Below, piece after piece: positions 38,905-47,357 of a stretch of DNA of 55,292 nt. Source of the stretch: Thermodesulfobacteriota bacterium (lineage in GTDB: Bacteria; Desulfobacterota; Desulfobulbia; Desulfobulbales; SURF-16). The notes beneath the pieces were generated by a model. The model was not told where the DNA came from, did no database searches, and saw only the letters and a list, made by a program, of their open reading frames with translations. Both the position numbers and the translations under genes were made by a program. Where the stretch lies: contig JBFMAY010000026.1 of NCBI GenBank assembly GCA_040755455.1, positions 1 through 55,292 of the forward strand. The letters are read 5' to 3'. Each line of letters starts with the position of its first letter. Position 1 is the first letter of the stretch.

Positions 38905-38921
38905 TGCGACAATTTGCCGCA
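38905..38921. promoter_or_regulatory. Candidate enhancer (UAS) palindrome
   Basis: TGCGACAATTTGCCGCA, near-palindrome about 120 bp upstream of the -24 box. Confidence 0.45.
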
Positions 38922-39367
38922 GCCACAGCGTGGGATTAACAGGTGTTCACAAGGGGCCGCTTGCCAAAAGATAGCCGTGTCTTTTTTTGGCGACAGGAAT
39001 TAAAAAATTTGCACAAAAGCCGAACAAACAATGAAAAATAATTTAGAATATCCGTCTCAGTGCCCGGATAGGCGGCAATGACGACAAAAAGTTGCCGAAT
39101 ATCTTGGCAAACCTCACAAAAGATGTTTAAGATTAATGAGTTGAGGTTTCCGTTACCGCATATCGCCACCTGACAAACCACGCAGGAAAAACTTGACAAA
39201 ACATGGCCGGAAACGCCTATACTTTAACAATGAAAAAATGAAAGATGACCTGCTTCCTGCCGATAATTTTCCCGCCGCTCCCGCCCGCCGGGAACCGGCG
39301 AAGAAATGTGGCCCGGACGCTCCGCCCCGGAATAATAAAATGATAAACGAACAAATGAGAAGAAGAC

Positions 39368-41839
39368 ATGACAACAGCATATCTCAGCAGCAACAATTTC
39401 CCGACTGCCTCTGCAGCCTCGGCCGACAAGCTGGCAGCGGAACTTGACACCCTCCTCACCAGCGACTACACCGGTGACATGTATGCCCTGATGGCCGGCT
39501 ATCAGCGGATTCTGGCCGACAACCGGCAGCGTCACCAGTGGTCCACGGTCCATAACAAGCTGGAAACCCTTTTCAAGTGCGGCAGCTATGCCGCAGTCGA
39601 TGGCCCGATGATCGGCATCCCGGTGTCCATCCGGGACAGCGACTATTTCCAGGACACGGTGCAGCATTTCGGCAAGGAACGATCAAAGATTGCCAGCATT
39701 GAATGGATGGCCACCGCCTGGAACATGACCTTCACCGATACCGGTCTGTGGATGGGCAAAACCTTTGAACCGGTAAGCCAAGAGGTGGTGGCGGACAGGA
39801 CGGGCAATGATGATGACATGCTGGCCCAATATGACCCGAAAACAACCCGCTTCGGCCGCAACTTTTTCCGGCAACCACCCCAGCCCGACCTCATCCAGGG
39901 GCTGGGCCTGCCTGTGCTCACCTCGCTGTGGGATCTGAAGCCGCGGCCGCAATCCGCGGCGGAGAAATTGTTTGACGGGGAGCTGCTGGCGGCAAACCTG
40001 GCCCGGGAAGCAAACATCCCTTACAGCATGACCGGCGGTCTCTTCCTGGCCGCGCCCGGCCCATCGGTGGTGCCGGCAATGAACGGTAAGCAAGTCTATC
40101 TGCTCAACTACCGCTGGCCAAGGCTTAATCCCGCCTACCCCATGACCCGACTCATCGACGAGCTGGTACAGATTGCCGACGGCATCTATCTGGGCCAGCT
40201 GGTTTTTGCCACCAGGCATTACAGCCTGGGCAGCCTGCGTCTGCTCTCCAGCCCCGATATGCCGGCCATTCCCCTGGGCGAAGCATACGCCGGTCAGCAC
40301 GACAAACCGTTTGATCTGCTCTTCAAACTCTTTTCCGGTGACAAGGAGGCGGATTACGGCTACCAGAACAACGGCTATTTCCTCATGATGGACCCGGCCT
40401 CCGCCAAAGAGGTCTATAAAGACAGCGCCTTTCCCCAGCTGCGCCCCCGGCCGGGGGAAAGCGGCTACCTTGAACTGGGTTACGACCAAATAACCCCGGC
40501 CCGCAAAACTGCGCCGCCTCCCGACGGCGCCCCTGAGCAATGGCCCGGCATCAAGGATTGGGCGCACGGCTGGCAGAACAACGAGGCCCTGCGGGAAAAA
40601 TTCACCACCTTTATTCTGGAAGAGTCCCCCAAAAAATCCGACAGCAGCGATGTGCGGGAGATGCGGCATGATGGGGAATCCATCCTGCAGATGCTGCAGC
40701 GCATCAGTCAGGAGATTTCCGCCCAGACCAGCATGGACGACCATCTCCGCCATTTTGACAAGCTGCATCGCCTGTTCCGCTGCGGCGTGGCCCCAGGGGT
40801 TGCAAACGGCCTGTTCCAAGGACACGGCAAAAAGGGTTATAACTGTCGGGTGGACGGCAGGGAACAACGTCACTGGTACGGCCTTTCGGAGGTGGCCCGC
40901 GGTTTTGATTATTATCACGGTGCCACCCTGAATCTGCATCTCGGCTTTGCCGACACCCTCCGGGGGGATATAGGTAAAAAATTTAACGACAGCCAGCTGT
41001 TTCCCGGCACCCTGGCCACCCTGCTTGCCGACGACGGCCTTAGCGGCCCAAATGTGCTGGACATGGTCTGGCACAGCATCGGCAAATACATTTTCCCCTG
41101 GGCCGGCAAATCCTTTGAGAAAATCAGCGGCCGCAAGCTGAGCATGTTCCTGGATGAAAGCAGTGATCTGGCCAAACGCTACCCGGAGCGGGTGAGAGAA
41201 CTGAAAACCCATCTGGCCAGCGCCCCCCACTATGCCCTGGTGAAAAAAGCCAGCCGCCATTACTGGCAAAAACCCGGTGCCTATGCGGCGCATCTCGCGA
41301 AAGGCCCCTGGGATGCAGGGATGAGTGAGCAGGACAAGGCCTTCTGGGAAAAAGAGGCGGCCGAGCATTGGGTTGACGGCAACAACATCCAGGATGAGCG
41401 CATTGTGGCGGCTGATCCCCTGATGCGGGTGATCGACATGAATTACCGGGTGCCGGACCCCTCGCTGCAGGCCGTGTCCGCAGCCGGCCCCTCGCCCTTT
41501 GCCCGGCAGGGCTACATCTTTCTCGGGGTAGACGACCGGGAATCGATCCTGGCGATGAACAACGATGGCGACCGCAAGAAAAAGGTCTTCCAGTTTCACT
41601 ACCGCTATCCGATGATCGGCGGACCAACGCCCATCGGTTTCTGCCTCGATGAGCTGGTGGAGATCGCCGACGGCCTCTTTCTCGGGCAGCTCATCTATGC
41701 CACGGCCCTCGATGTGCCCTATCACTCCTCCATTGATCCGGCAGAATACAAATACCAGCTATTCGGCTATTTTCTCCTGCTTGATGATGCCTGGGAGCAT
41801 CACCGCCGGGCCATCAAACTCGATGTCTGGCAGAAATAG
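39368..41839 (+). CDS. Hypothetical protein built from two homologous domains
   Basis: 823 aa; repeated motifs LFxCG, WxGKxFE, YRxP, DELVxIADGxxLGQL, GYFL. Confidence 0.85.
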   Translation: MTTAYLSSNNFPTASAASADKLAAELDTLLTSDYTGDMYALMAGYQRILADNRQRHQWSTVHNKLETLFKCGSYAAVDGPMIGIPVSIRDSDYFQDTVQHFGKERSKIASIEWMATAWNMTFTDTGLWMGKTFEPVSQEVVADRTGNDDDMLAQYDPKTTRFGRNFFRQPPQPDLIQGLGLPVLTSLWDLKPRPQSAAEKLFDGELLAANLAREANIPYSMTGGLFLAAPGPSVVPAMNGKQVYLLNYRWPRLNPAYPMTRLIDELVQIADGIYLGQLVFATRHYSLGSLRLLSSPDMPAIPLGEAYAGQHDKPFDLLFKLFSGDKEADYGYQNNGYFLMMDPASAKEVYKDSAFPQLRPRPGESGYLELGYDQITPARKTAPPPDGAPEQWPGIKDWAHGWQNNEALREKFTTFILEESPKKSDSSDVREMRHDGESILQMLQRISQEISAQTSMDDHLRHFDKLHRLFRCGVAPGVANGLFQGHGKKGYNCRVDGREQRHWYGLSEVARGFDYYHGATLNLHLGFADTLRGDIGKKFNDSQLFPGTLATLLADDGLSGPNVLDMVWHSIGKYIFPWAGKSFEKISGRKLSMFLDESSDLAKRYPERVRELKTHLASAPHYALVKKASRHYWQKPGAYAAHLAKGPWDAGMSEQDKAFWEKEAAEHWVDGNNIQDERIVAADPLMRVIDMNYRVPDPSLQAVSAAGPSPFARQGYIFLGVDDRESILAMNNDGDRKKKVFQFHYRYPMIGGPTPIGFCLDELVEIADGLFLGQLIYATALDVPYHSSIDPAEYKYQLFGYFLLLDDAWEHHRRAIKLDVWQK

Positions 41840-41930
41840 AGGATAATGATTATTATTTAGCAATATTACAATTACCGAGAATAGAGATGTTTTTCCCCGG
41901 ACACAGCCACCACCGGGCCGGAGGTATGCA

Positions 41931-44402
41931 ATGACGAAGATAACATTCGATGACATCGGACTGAAAAAATTTACCCTGGAAAAACTGCCCCGGCTGCAGG
42001 AGCTGCGCAGCCTCTCTTTTGCCCGCAAACCGGAAATCTGCATTGAGCGGGCCCGCTATGTCACCAGCTACCTGCGTGACCAGGACAACCCCGCCGACTC
42101 ACCGGAGGTGCGGCAGGCCAAGAAGGTCAGCTATTTCCTGCAACGCAAGAAACCGGTATTTCATGACCGCAATCTGCTGGCCGGCAGCACCACCAGCAAA
42201 GCTCTCGGCGCCCCGCTTTTCCCGGAGTTCTTCGCCCTTACCCTGTGGCCGGAGCTTGATACGGTCAGCACCCGGGCCAAAAATCCCCAGAAGCTGACCG
42301 CCGACGAAGCCAGGGAACTGAACCTTGAGATTTTCCCCTTCTGGATGGATAACAACGTCCTGGAATTGACCCGCAAGCGGATCGGCAATGCCGAGAGCCT
42401 GAAACTCTTTGAAAGCCTGGTGTTCTTCATCGCCGCCAAGGCCGGCTGCATTTCCCACGCCGTGCCCACGTACGCCCCCATGCTGGAACATGGGCTGACC
42501 GGCCTGATCAGTATGGCGGCGGAGCGCGAAGCGGCCGCCGTGGCGCAGGCCAGCGACGAGGGAGAAAAGATGGCCGATTTTTACCGGGCCGTGCAGATTT
42601 CCCTGGAGGGCATCATCCAATACGCCGCGCATCTGGCCGACGAGGCGGAAAGGCGGGCCGCAGGCGAGCATGACCCGACAGCCCGCCAGGAACTGCTCGA
42701 CATGGCCAAGGTCTGCCGGCGGGTGCCGGCGGGGCCAGCCGCCACCTTCCGGGAGGCGGTCAATGCCATCTGGATCTGCCAGGTGGGGATACACGCCGAA
42801 AATATCAACATGGCCATGAGCCCCGGCCGGCTGGACCAGCTTCTTTACCCCTACTATAAGCGGGACATGGAGGCGGGGCGCCTCGATGTCGGCCGCGCCA
42901 TCGAGCTGATCGGCTGCCTGTGGCTGAAAATCGCCGACAATGTCACCATGGTGCCGGAGGCGTCGGAGGAGATGTTCGGCGGCGCGGGCACGGTGCCGGC
43001 CATCACCCTGGGCGGGGTGGACGAAGACGGCGAGGATGCGGTGAACGACCTGACCTACATCATGCTGCGGGTCACCGAGCTGCTGCGCATCCGCGATCCC
43101 AATGTCAATGCCCGCTATGATTATGAAAAAAACAGCAAAGAGTACTGCCGCCGGGTGTCGGAGGTCATTCTCAACACCAAGGCGGTGCCGGCCTTTTTTA
43201 ACGACCGCGCCAACATCACCGCCTTGACCGGCCAGGGCGAAAGCCTCGAACATGCCCGGGACTATGCGGTCATCGGCTGTGTGGAACTGGCCAGCAGCGG
43301 CCGGGACTACCCGGCCTCCAGCTCCATCATGCTGAATCTGGCCGCGCCCCTGGAGATGGCCCTGTTCCAAGGCAAAAGGCCGATCACCGGCGAGGAGCAG
43401 ATCGGCCCAAGCACCCCGGACCCGGGCACGCTGACCAGTTTCGCACAGTTCTGGGAGGTATTCAAGACCCAGCTCGACTGGCTGATTGAGCAGGCCATCG
43501 AGCTTAATGAAAACATGGGCGCGGTGCACCAGCAGATGATGCCGTCGCCGCTGCTGTCCGCCTTCTTTGAAGGTCCCATGGACAAGGGCAAGGATCTCAT
43601 CCAGGGCGGCTCGCTCTACAATTCCTCCGGGGCTACCCATATCGCCTTTGCCGATGTGGTCGATTCCCTGAATGCCATTGAACAGACGGTGTTCATTGAT
43701 AAAAAATACAGCTTTGCCGAGCTGCTGCAGATGGTCAAAAGCAATTTCGCCGGGCCGGCAGGGGAGAAAATGCGGCTTTATCTGAAAAACAGGGCGCCCA
43801 AATACGGCACGGAGCATGCCATTGCCCGCAAGAACGCCCGCAATATCGTCCGCCACCTTTTTGACCTCTATCAGTCCCACACCAATTACCGCGGCGGCCC
43901 TTACCGCCCCGCCTACTGGACCATGACCAACCACGCGGGCCTCGGCGGCATCACCGGCGCCCTGCCCCACGGCCGCAAGTCCGGCGAACTCTTTGCCAGC
44001 GGCATCACCCCGGTCTCCGGCGCTGCGCCGGAACTGACGGCCTGCCTCAATGCCGTGGCGGAACTCGGAGGAGAATGCGTGCCGGGCTGCTGGGCCCTCA
44101 ACATCAAATACAGTCCGGAAAATGATGTGGAGCAGATGAGCGAACGCTTCGCCCAGACCATTGAAGCCTATTTCCGGGCAGGCGGCCAGCAGGTGCAGTT
44201 CAACATCATGACCTACGAGATGCTGCAGGATGCCAAAAAGCACCCGGAAAAGTATCCGGAGCTGATGGTGCGGGTGTCCGGCTACTCCGCCTATTTCAAG
44301 GACCTCAACGAACTGATGAAAGATGAGCTGATCACCCGCACCATGTATGACCTGACTAATGGCCGGGCTGTGCCGTATTCTGCGGAAAAAGGAGGGAAAT
44401 GA
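41931..44402 (+). CDS. Glycyl-radical enzyme, unassigned subfamily (not canonical PFL)
   Basis: SPGRLDQ, Cys loop IGCVEL, C-terminal glycyl loop VRVSGYSAYF; GGAGG RBS. Confidence 0.93.
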   Translation: MTKITFDDIGLKKFTLEKLPRLQELRSLSFARKPEICIERARYVTSYLRDQDNPADSPEVRQAKKVSYFLQRKKPVFHDRNLLAGSTTSKALGAPLFPEFFALTLWPELDTVSTRAKNPQKLTADEARELNLEIFPFWMDNNVLELTRKRIGNAESLKLFESLVFFIAAKAGCISHAVPTYAPMLEHGLTGLISMAAEREAAAVAQASDEGEKMADFYRAVQISLEGIIQYAAHLADEAERRAAGEHDPTARQELLDMAKVCRRVPAGPAATFREAVNAIWICQVGIHAENINMAMSPGRLDQLLYPYYKRDMEAGRLDVGRAIELIGCLWLKIADNVTMVPEASEEMFGGAGTVPAITLGGVDEDGEDAVNDLTYIMLRVTELLRIRDPNVNARYDYEKNSKEYCRRVSEVILNTKAVPAFFNDRANITALTGQGESLEHARDYAVIGCVELASSGRDYPASSSIMLNLAAPLEMALFQGKRPITGEEQIGPSTPDPGTLTSFAQFWEVFKTQLDWLIEQAIELNENMGAVHQQMMPSPLLSAFFEGPMDKGKDLIQGGSLYNSSGATHIAFADVVDSLNAIEQTVFIDKKYSFAELLQMVKSNFAGPAGEKMRLYLKNRAPKYGTEHAIARKNARNIVRHLFDLYQSHTNYRGGPYRPAYWTMTNHAGLGGITGALPHGRKSGELFASGITPVSGAAPELTACLNAVAELGGECVPGCWALNIKYSPENDVEQMSERFAQTIEAYFRAGGQQVQFNIMTYEMLQDAKKHPEKYPELMVRVSGYSAYFKDLNELMKDELITRTMYDLTNGRAVPYSAEKGGK

Positions 44403-44851
44403 ACATGCTTGACCTGATAACCGAGCAGGCCCAGAAAAAACTGTGGGAGCAACTCAATAACAGTTTCACCTCCGAGGCGGCGGAAGAATTCCTGCAGACC
44501 CTGCTTAGCCTGATGAAGGTGGTCTTTGCGGTGAATCACGATTACCGGCGCAATATAAAAAATTTCGAGGGAAGATACCAGTTCTGCAGCAAGGACGGGG
44601 AGGTGACCATTGCCGCGGTTTTTCATAACGGCAGCATGGAGGTGATGGAAAAAAAGATCGACAGGCCAGATATCACCATCACCTTCCGCGACGGCAAGAC
44701 CCTGCTCAATTTCATCATCGCACCCCGGCAGGACATCCTGGGTTCCATGCTGCGGCATGATGTGGTGACCGGGGGCAATCTCAATTACCTGTATAAATTC
44801 GGGTATATGGCCAAACAATTACAGCTGATGATGCCGCAGCTGCCACGGTGA
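44399..44851 (+). CDS. SCP2 (sterol-carrier-like) lipid-binding domain protein
   Basis: YQF..FHNGSMEV..PDITITFRDG..DILGSMLRHDVVTGGNLNYLYKF follows the SCP2 pattern; ATGA and GTGA overlaps with neighbours. Confidence 0.75.
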   Translation: MNMLDLITEQAQKKLWEQLNNSFTSEAAEEFLQTLLSLMKVVFAVNHDYRRNIKNFEGRYQFCSKDGEVTIAAVFHNGSMEVMEKKIDRPDITITFRDGKTLLNFIIAPRQDILGSMLRHDVVTGGNLNYLYKFGYMAKQLQLMMPQLPR

Positions 44852-45747
44852 ACGGGGCACTGATCGGTGATATCGGCCGTTATGCCGCGCATGACGGCCC
44901 CGGCATCAGAACAGTCGTGTTTTTCAAGGGCTGCCCGCTGCGCTGTCCCTGGTGCCATAACCCCGAGTTCATTGCCTCCCAGCCGGAGATCGCCTTTGTT
45001 CCTGCGCGGTGCATCGGCTGCGGCGACTGCCGGGATGTCTGCCCCGAGGCGGCGCTGACCGTTGACCAGGTCGCCCGTCTTGCCCGCAGCCGCTGCACCG
45101 GCTGCGGGCTCTGTGTGGCATACTGTCCGACCAAGGCCCTGGAACTTGTCGGCAGAAGATATGATATTGACGAGCTCATTGCTATCCTCGTCCGCGACAG
45201 ACTGTTCTATGCAACCTCGGGGGGCGGGGTCACCCTGTCGGGCGGCGAGCCCACAGCCCAGCTCGCCTTCTGCGGCGAGTTGCTGCAGAGATTACACCGG
45301 GAAGGGATCCATACGGCCATGGAAACCAACGGTTTTTTTGCCTGGGACGAGTTTTGCGCCGCCTGCCTGCCGCATCTGGATCTCATCCTCTTTGATGTCA
45401 AGATCGCCGATCCGGCCAGGCACCGGGAAATTACCGGAGTTGATAACAGGGTGATCCTGACCAACCTGCAAAGACTGCTGGCCGCAAAACCCGAGGCGGT
45501 GATCCCCCGTGTCCCCCTGATACCGGGATTCACGGCGGAAAGGCAAAATATCAGCCGCCTTGCCAATCTGTTTACGGAACTGCAGGTGCGCCGCTGCTCG
45601 CTGCTGCCCTATCATCCTTACGGGCTTGCCAAGGCGGAAAAAATCGGAGGCACTCCGGACAGTTCGCTGCCGCAAAAACCGATGGATCGCGAAACGCTGC
45701 AAGAATGGCAGCGTTTTTTTACCGGAATCGCCATCATTGAACCATAA
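44848..45747 (+). CDS. Glycyl-radical enzyme activating enzyme (radical SAM with ferredoxin insert)
   Basis: HDGPGIRTVVFFKGCPLRCPWCHNPE; two CxxCxxCxxxCP motifs; GGVTLSGGEP. Confidence 0.95.
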   Translation: MNGALIGDIGRYAAHDGPGIRTVVFFKGCPLRCPWCHNPEFIASQPEIAFVPARCIGCGDCRDVCPEAALTVDQVARLARSRCTGCGLCVAYCPTKALELVGRRYDIDELIAILVRDRLFYATSGGGVTLSGGEPTAQLAFCGELLQRLHREGIHTAMETNGFFAWDEFCAACLPHLDLILFDVKIADPARHREITGVDNRVILTNLQRLLAAKPEAVIPRVPLIPGFTAERQNISRLANLFTELQVRRCSLLPYHPYGLAKAEKIGGTPDSSLPQKPMDRETLQEWQRFFTGIAIIEP

Positions 45748-45807
45748 AACCGCACAAATCAATTGAGCAAGTGAAGAGCACGAAAAAAATGAGAAAGGAG
45801 AGAGAAG

Positions 45808-46866
45808 ATGCAGATTGATTTCCATCACGCCACCACCTATGTTGCCGCCCGTCTGGCCGGTTTCCCCCAGGACAAGGCAGAGATCGTCGCCCATGCCGCC
45901 CAGTATGTGGACGACGCCACCAGCAGCGGCACAGTCAATTTTGACAATGAGGCCCTCTATAGCCGCATCAGTTCCGCCCATAAGATGCTGGATCCGCGCA
46001 ACGCCAATGAACTGGCCAACCACCTGGTATGGATCCCCTTTCATTTCCTGCCCGGCAACGACGGATTGGGCGAAGGGCAAAATCCCATCGGCAAGTTCAT
46101 CAACAAGCTGGTGTGCAAGCCGGACAGCCCCATCGCCCGGCAGATGGTGCGGCAGACCATTGTTGACCAGGACCGCCCCTACGGGCTGCATCGGCTGGGT
46201 GTGGCCATGCATGTCTATGCCGACACCTGGGCCCATCAGGGCTTTGCCGGTGTCCTGCATGAGATCAACGAGGTGGAGGATGCCAAGGAGACAAGTAAAT
46301 CAGGGGTCTTTTCATCAGGACTGTCCTCCATCCTGTCCAAAATTCTCGATGACGCCGTCCCTCCCCTGGGCCATGGCCGGGCGACGGTCTTTCCTGATAT
46401 GCCCTTTCTTTCCTGGAAGTACATGAACGGCCGCAAGGAAACAATTGAACGTAACAATACCGACCAATTCTGCCAGGCTGCGGATCAGCTGTGCCGGGCC
46501 ATGAAACGCTATATCGCCAGGGACCCCCGTGCCGAGGTGAGCGGCATCGACGAGCAGGACATGAACAAAATTCAGGATCTTTTCACCAGGCTCAAGGAAG
46601 AAAACGGGGACAAGCGGCATGAGGCCTGGCTGCAGGCCATCGAGCACGAGCCGTTCAGTTTCGGTTCGGAAAAGATCTCCTATCCGGCCAAGGGACCGGG
46701 CTCCTGGAAAGAGCAGGCCCTGGGCACTAATGATGATAAACTGGAATACCCATGGAACCCGGCCTTTCTCAAGAGCAACTGGAAATACTTCCACGACGCG
46801 GCCCAGGCCCATCGTTTTTATGTGATTTATGATCTGCTGCCGAAATTCGGCATCTGCGCAGCATAA
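45808..46866 (+). CDS. DUF6765-like protein, possible Zn-dependent phospholipase C / P1-nuclease-type fold
   Basis: N-terminal MQIDFHH, YVDD, PFHF, GVAMHVYADTWAHQGF, GHG metal-ligand pattern; AAAGGAG RBS. Confidence 0.65.
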   Translation: MQIDFHHATTYVAARLAGFPQDKAEIVAHAAQYVDDATSSGTVNFDNEALYSRISSAHKMLDPRNANELANHLVWIPFHFLPGNDGLGEGQNPIGKFINKLVCKPDSPIARQMVRQTIVDQDRPYGLHRLGVAMHVYADTWAHQGFAGVLHEINEVEDAKETSKSGVFSSGLSSILSKILDDAVPPLGHGRATVFPDMPFLSWKYMNGRKETIERNNTDQFCQAADQLCRAMKRYIARDPRAEVSGIDEQDMNKIQDLFTRLKEENGDKRHEAWLQAIEHEPFSFGSEKISYPAKGPGSWKEQALGTNDDKLEYPWNPAFLKSNWKYFHDAAQAHRFYVIYDLLPKFGICAA

Positions 46867-46930
46867 AAAAAATCACGATATGCCCGACAAACCGTAAAAA
46901 AAACCCGCTAATGATAAAAGGAGACATGCA

Positions 46931-47290
46931 ATGCCAGAGGAAAGACGAGGATTACGAGCAGCGCTTGAGGCCTTAAGAGAAACGACCTGCGACCTGACGT
47001 CGCTTGAGGTCCAGACCTACACCGGCAACCTCGAGGTGCTTTTTGACAAGGATGCAGATGTCAATCTTACAAGTTTCGAGACCGTCCTGAAAAAGGTCAA
47101 GGTGTCCGGCACGCTCAAGCTTGCCGCCATGACCAAGGTAAATATCGACGGCGACACCTTTCTGCTGACCTCGGAGAACGATCTGCCGCTCCATGTGCAG
47201 CGAGCCCATGATGCCGCGGTTCAGGCCGGCATGGAGACCAGGGCGGCCCTGCTGTCACTTTTTGCCAATGTCATTGGCATCGGCGTTTAA
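46931..47290 (+). CDS. Hypothetical protein (119 aa)
   Basis: AAGGAG RBS, clean ORF in the same-strand run. Confidence 0.75.
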   Translation: MPEERRGLRAALEALRETTCDLTSLEVQTYTGNLEVLFDKDADVNLTSFETVLKKVKVSGTLKLAAMTKVNIDGDTFLLTSENDLPLHVQRAHDAAVQAGMETRAALLSLFANVIGIGV

Positions 47291-47357
47291 TAATCAACTC
47301 TCAACGAGGCGGCCGCACCAGCCAAGGGGAGGCGGCCGCACCCTTTTCCCATAAGAA

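Noticed and set aside
39193..39223. TTGACA-N19-TATACT as a MerR-type promoter for the GRE locus
   Set aside because: May be a promoter, but no dyad in the spacer and no MerR gene nearby, so the MerR interpretation is unsupported
39683..44243. Long minus-strand ORFs of 680 aa and 714 aa
   Set aside because: Antisense shadows of the 823-aa gene and the GRE; no motifs; expected from GC-rich codon bias
41931..44402. Calling the GRE pyruvate formate-lyase, CutC, HypD or a fumarate-adding enzyme
   Set aside because: No CC pair; pocket segments and gene context match none of these as I recall them
39368..44402. Two adjacent ORFs both exactly 823 aa
   Set aside because: No sequence similarity between them; coincidence
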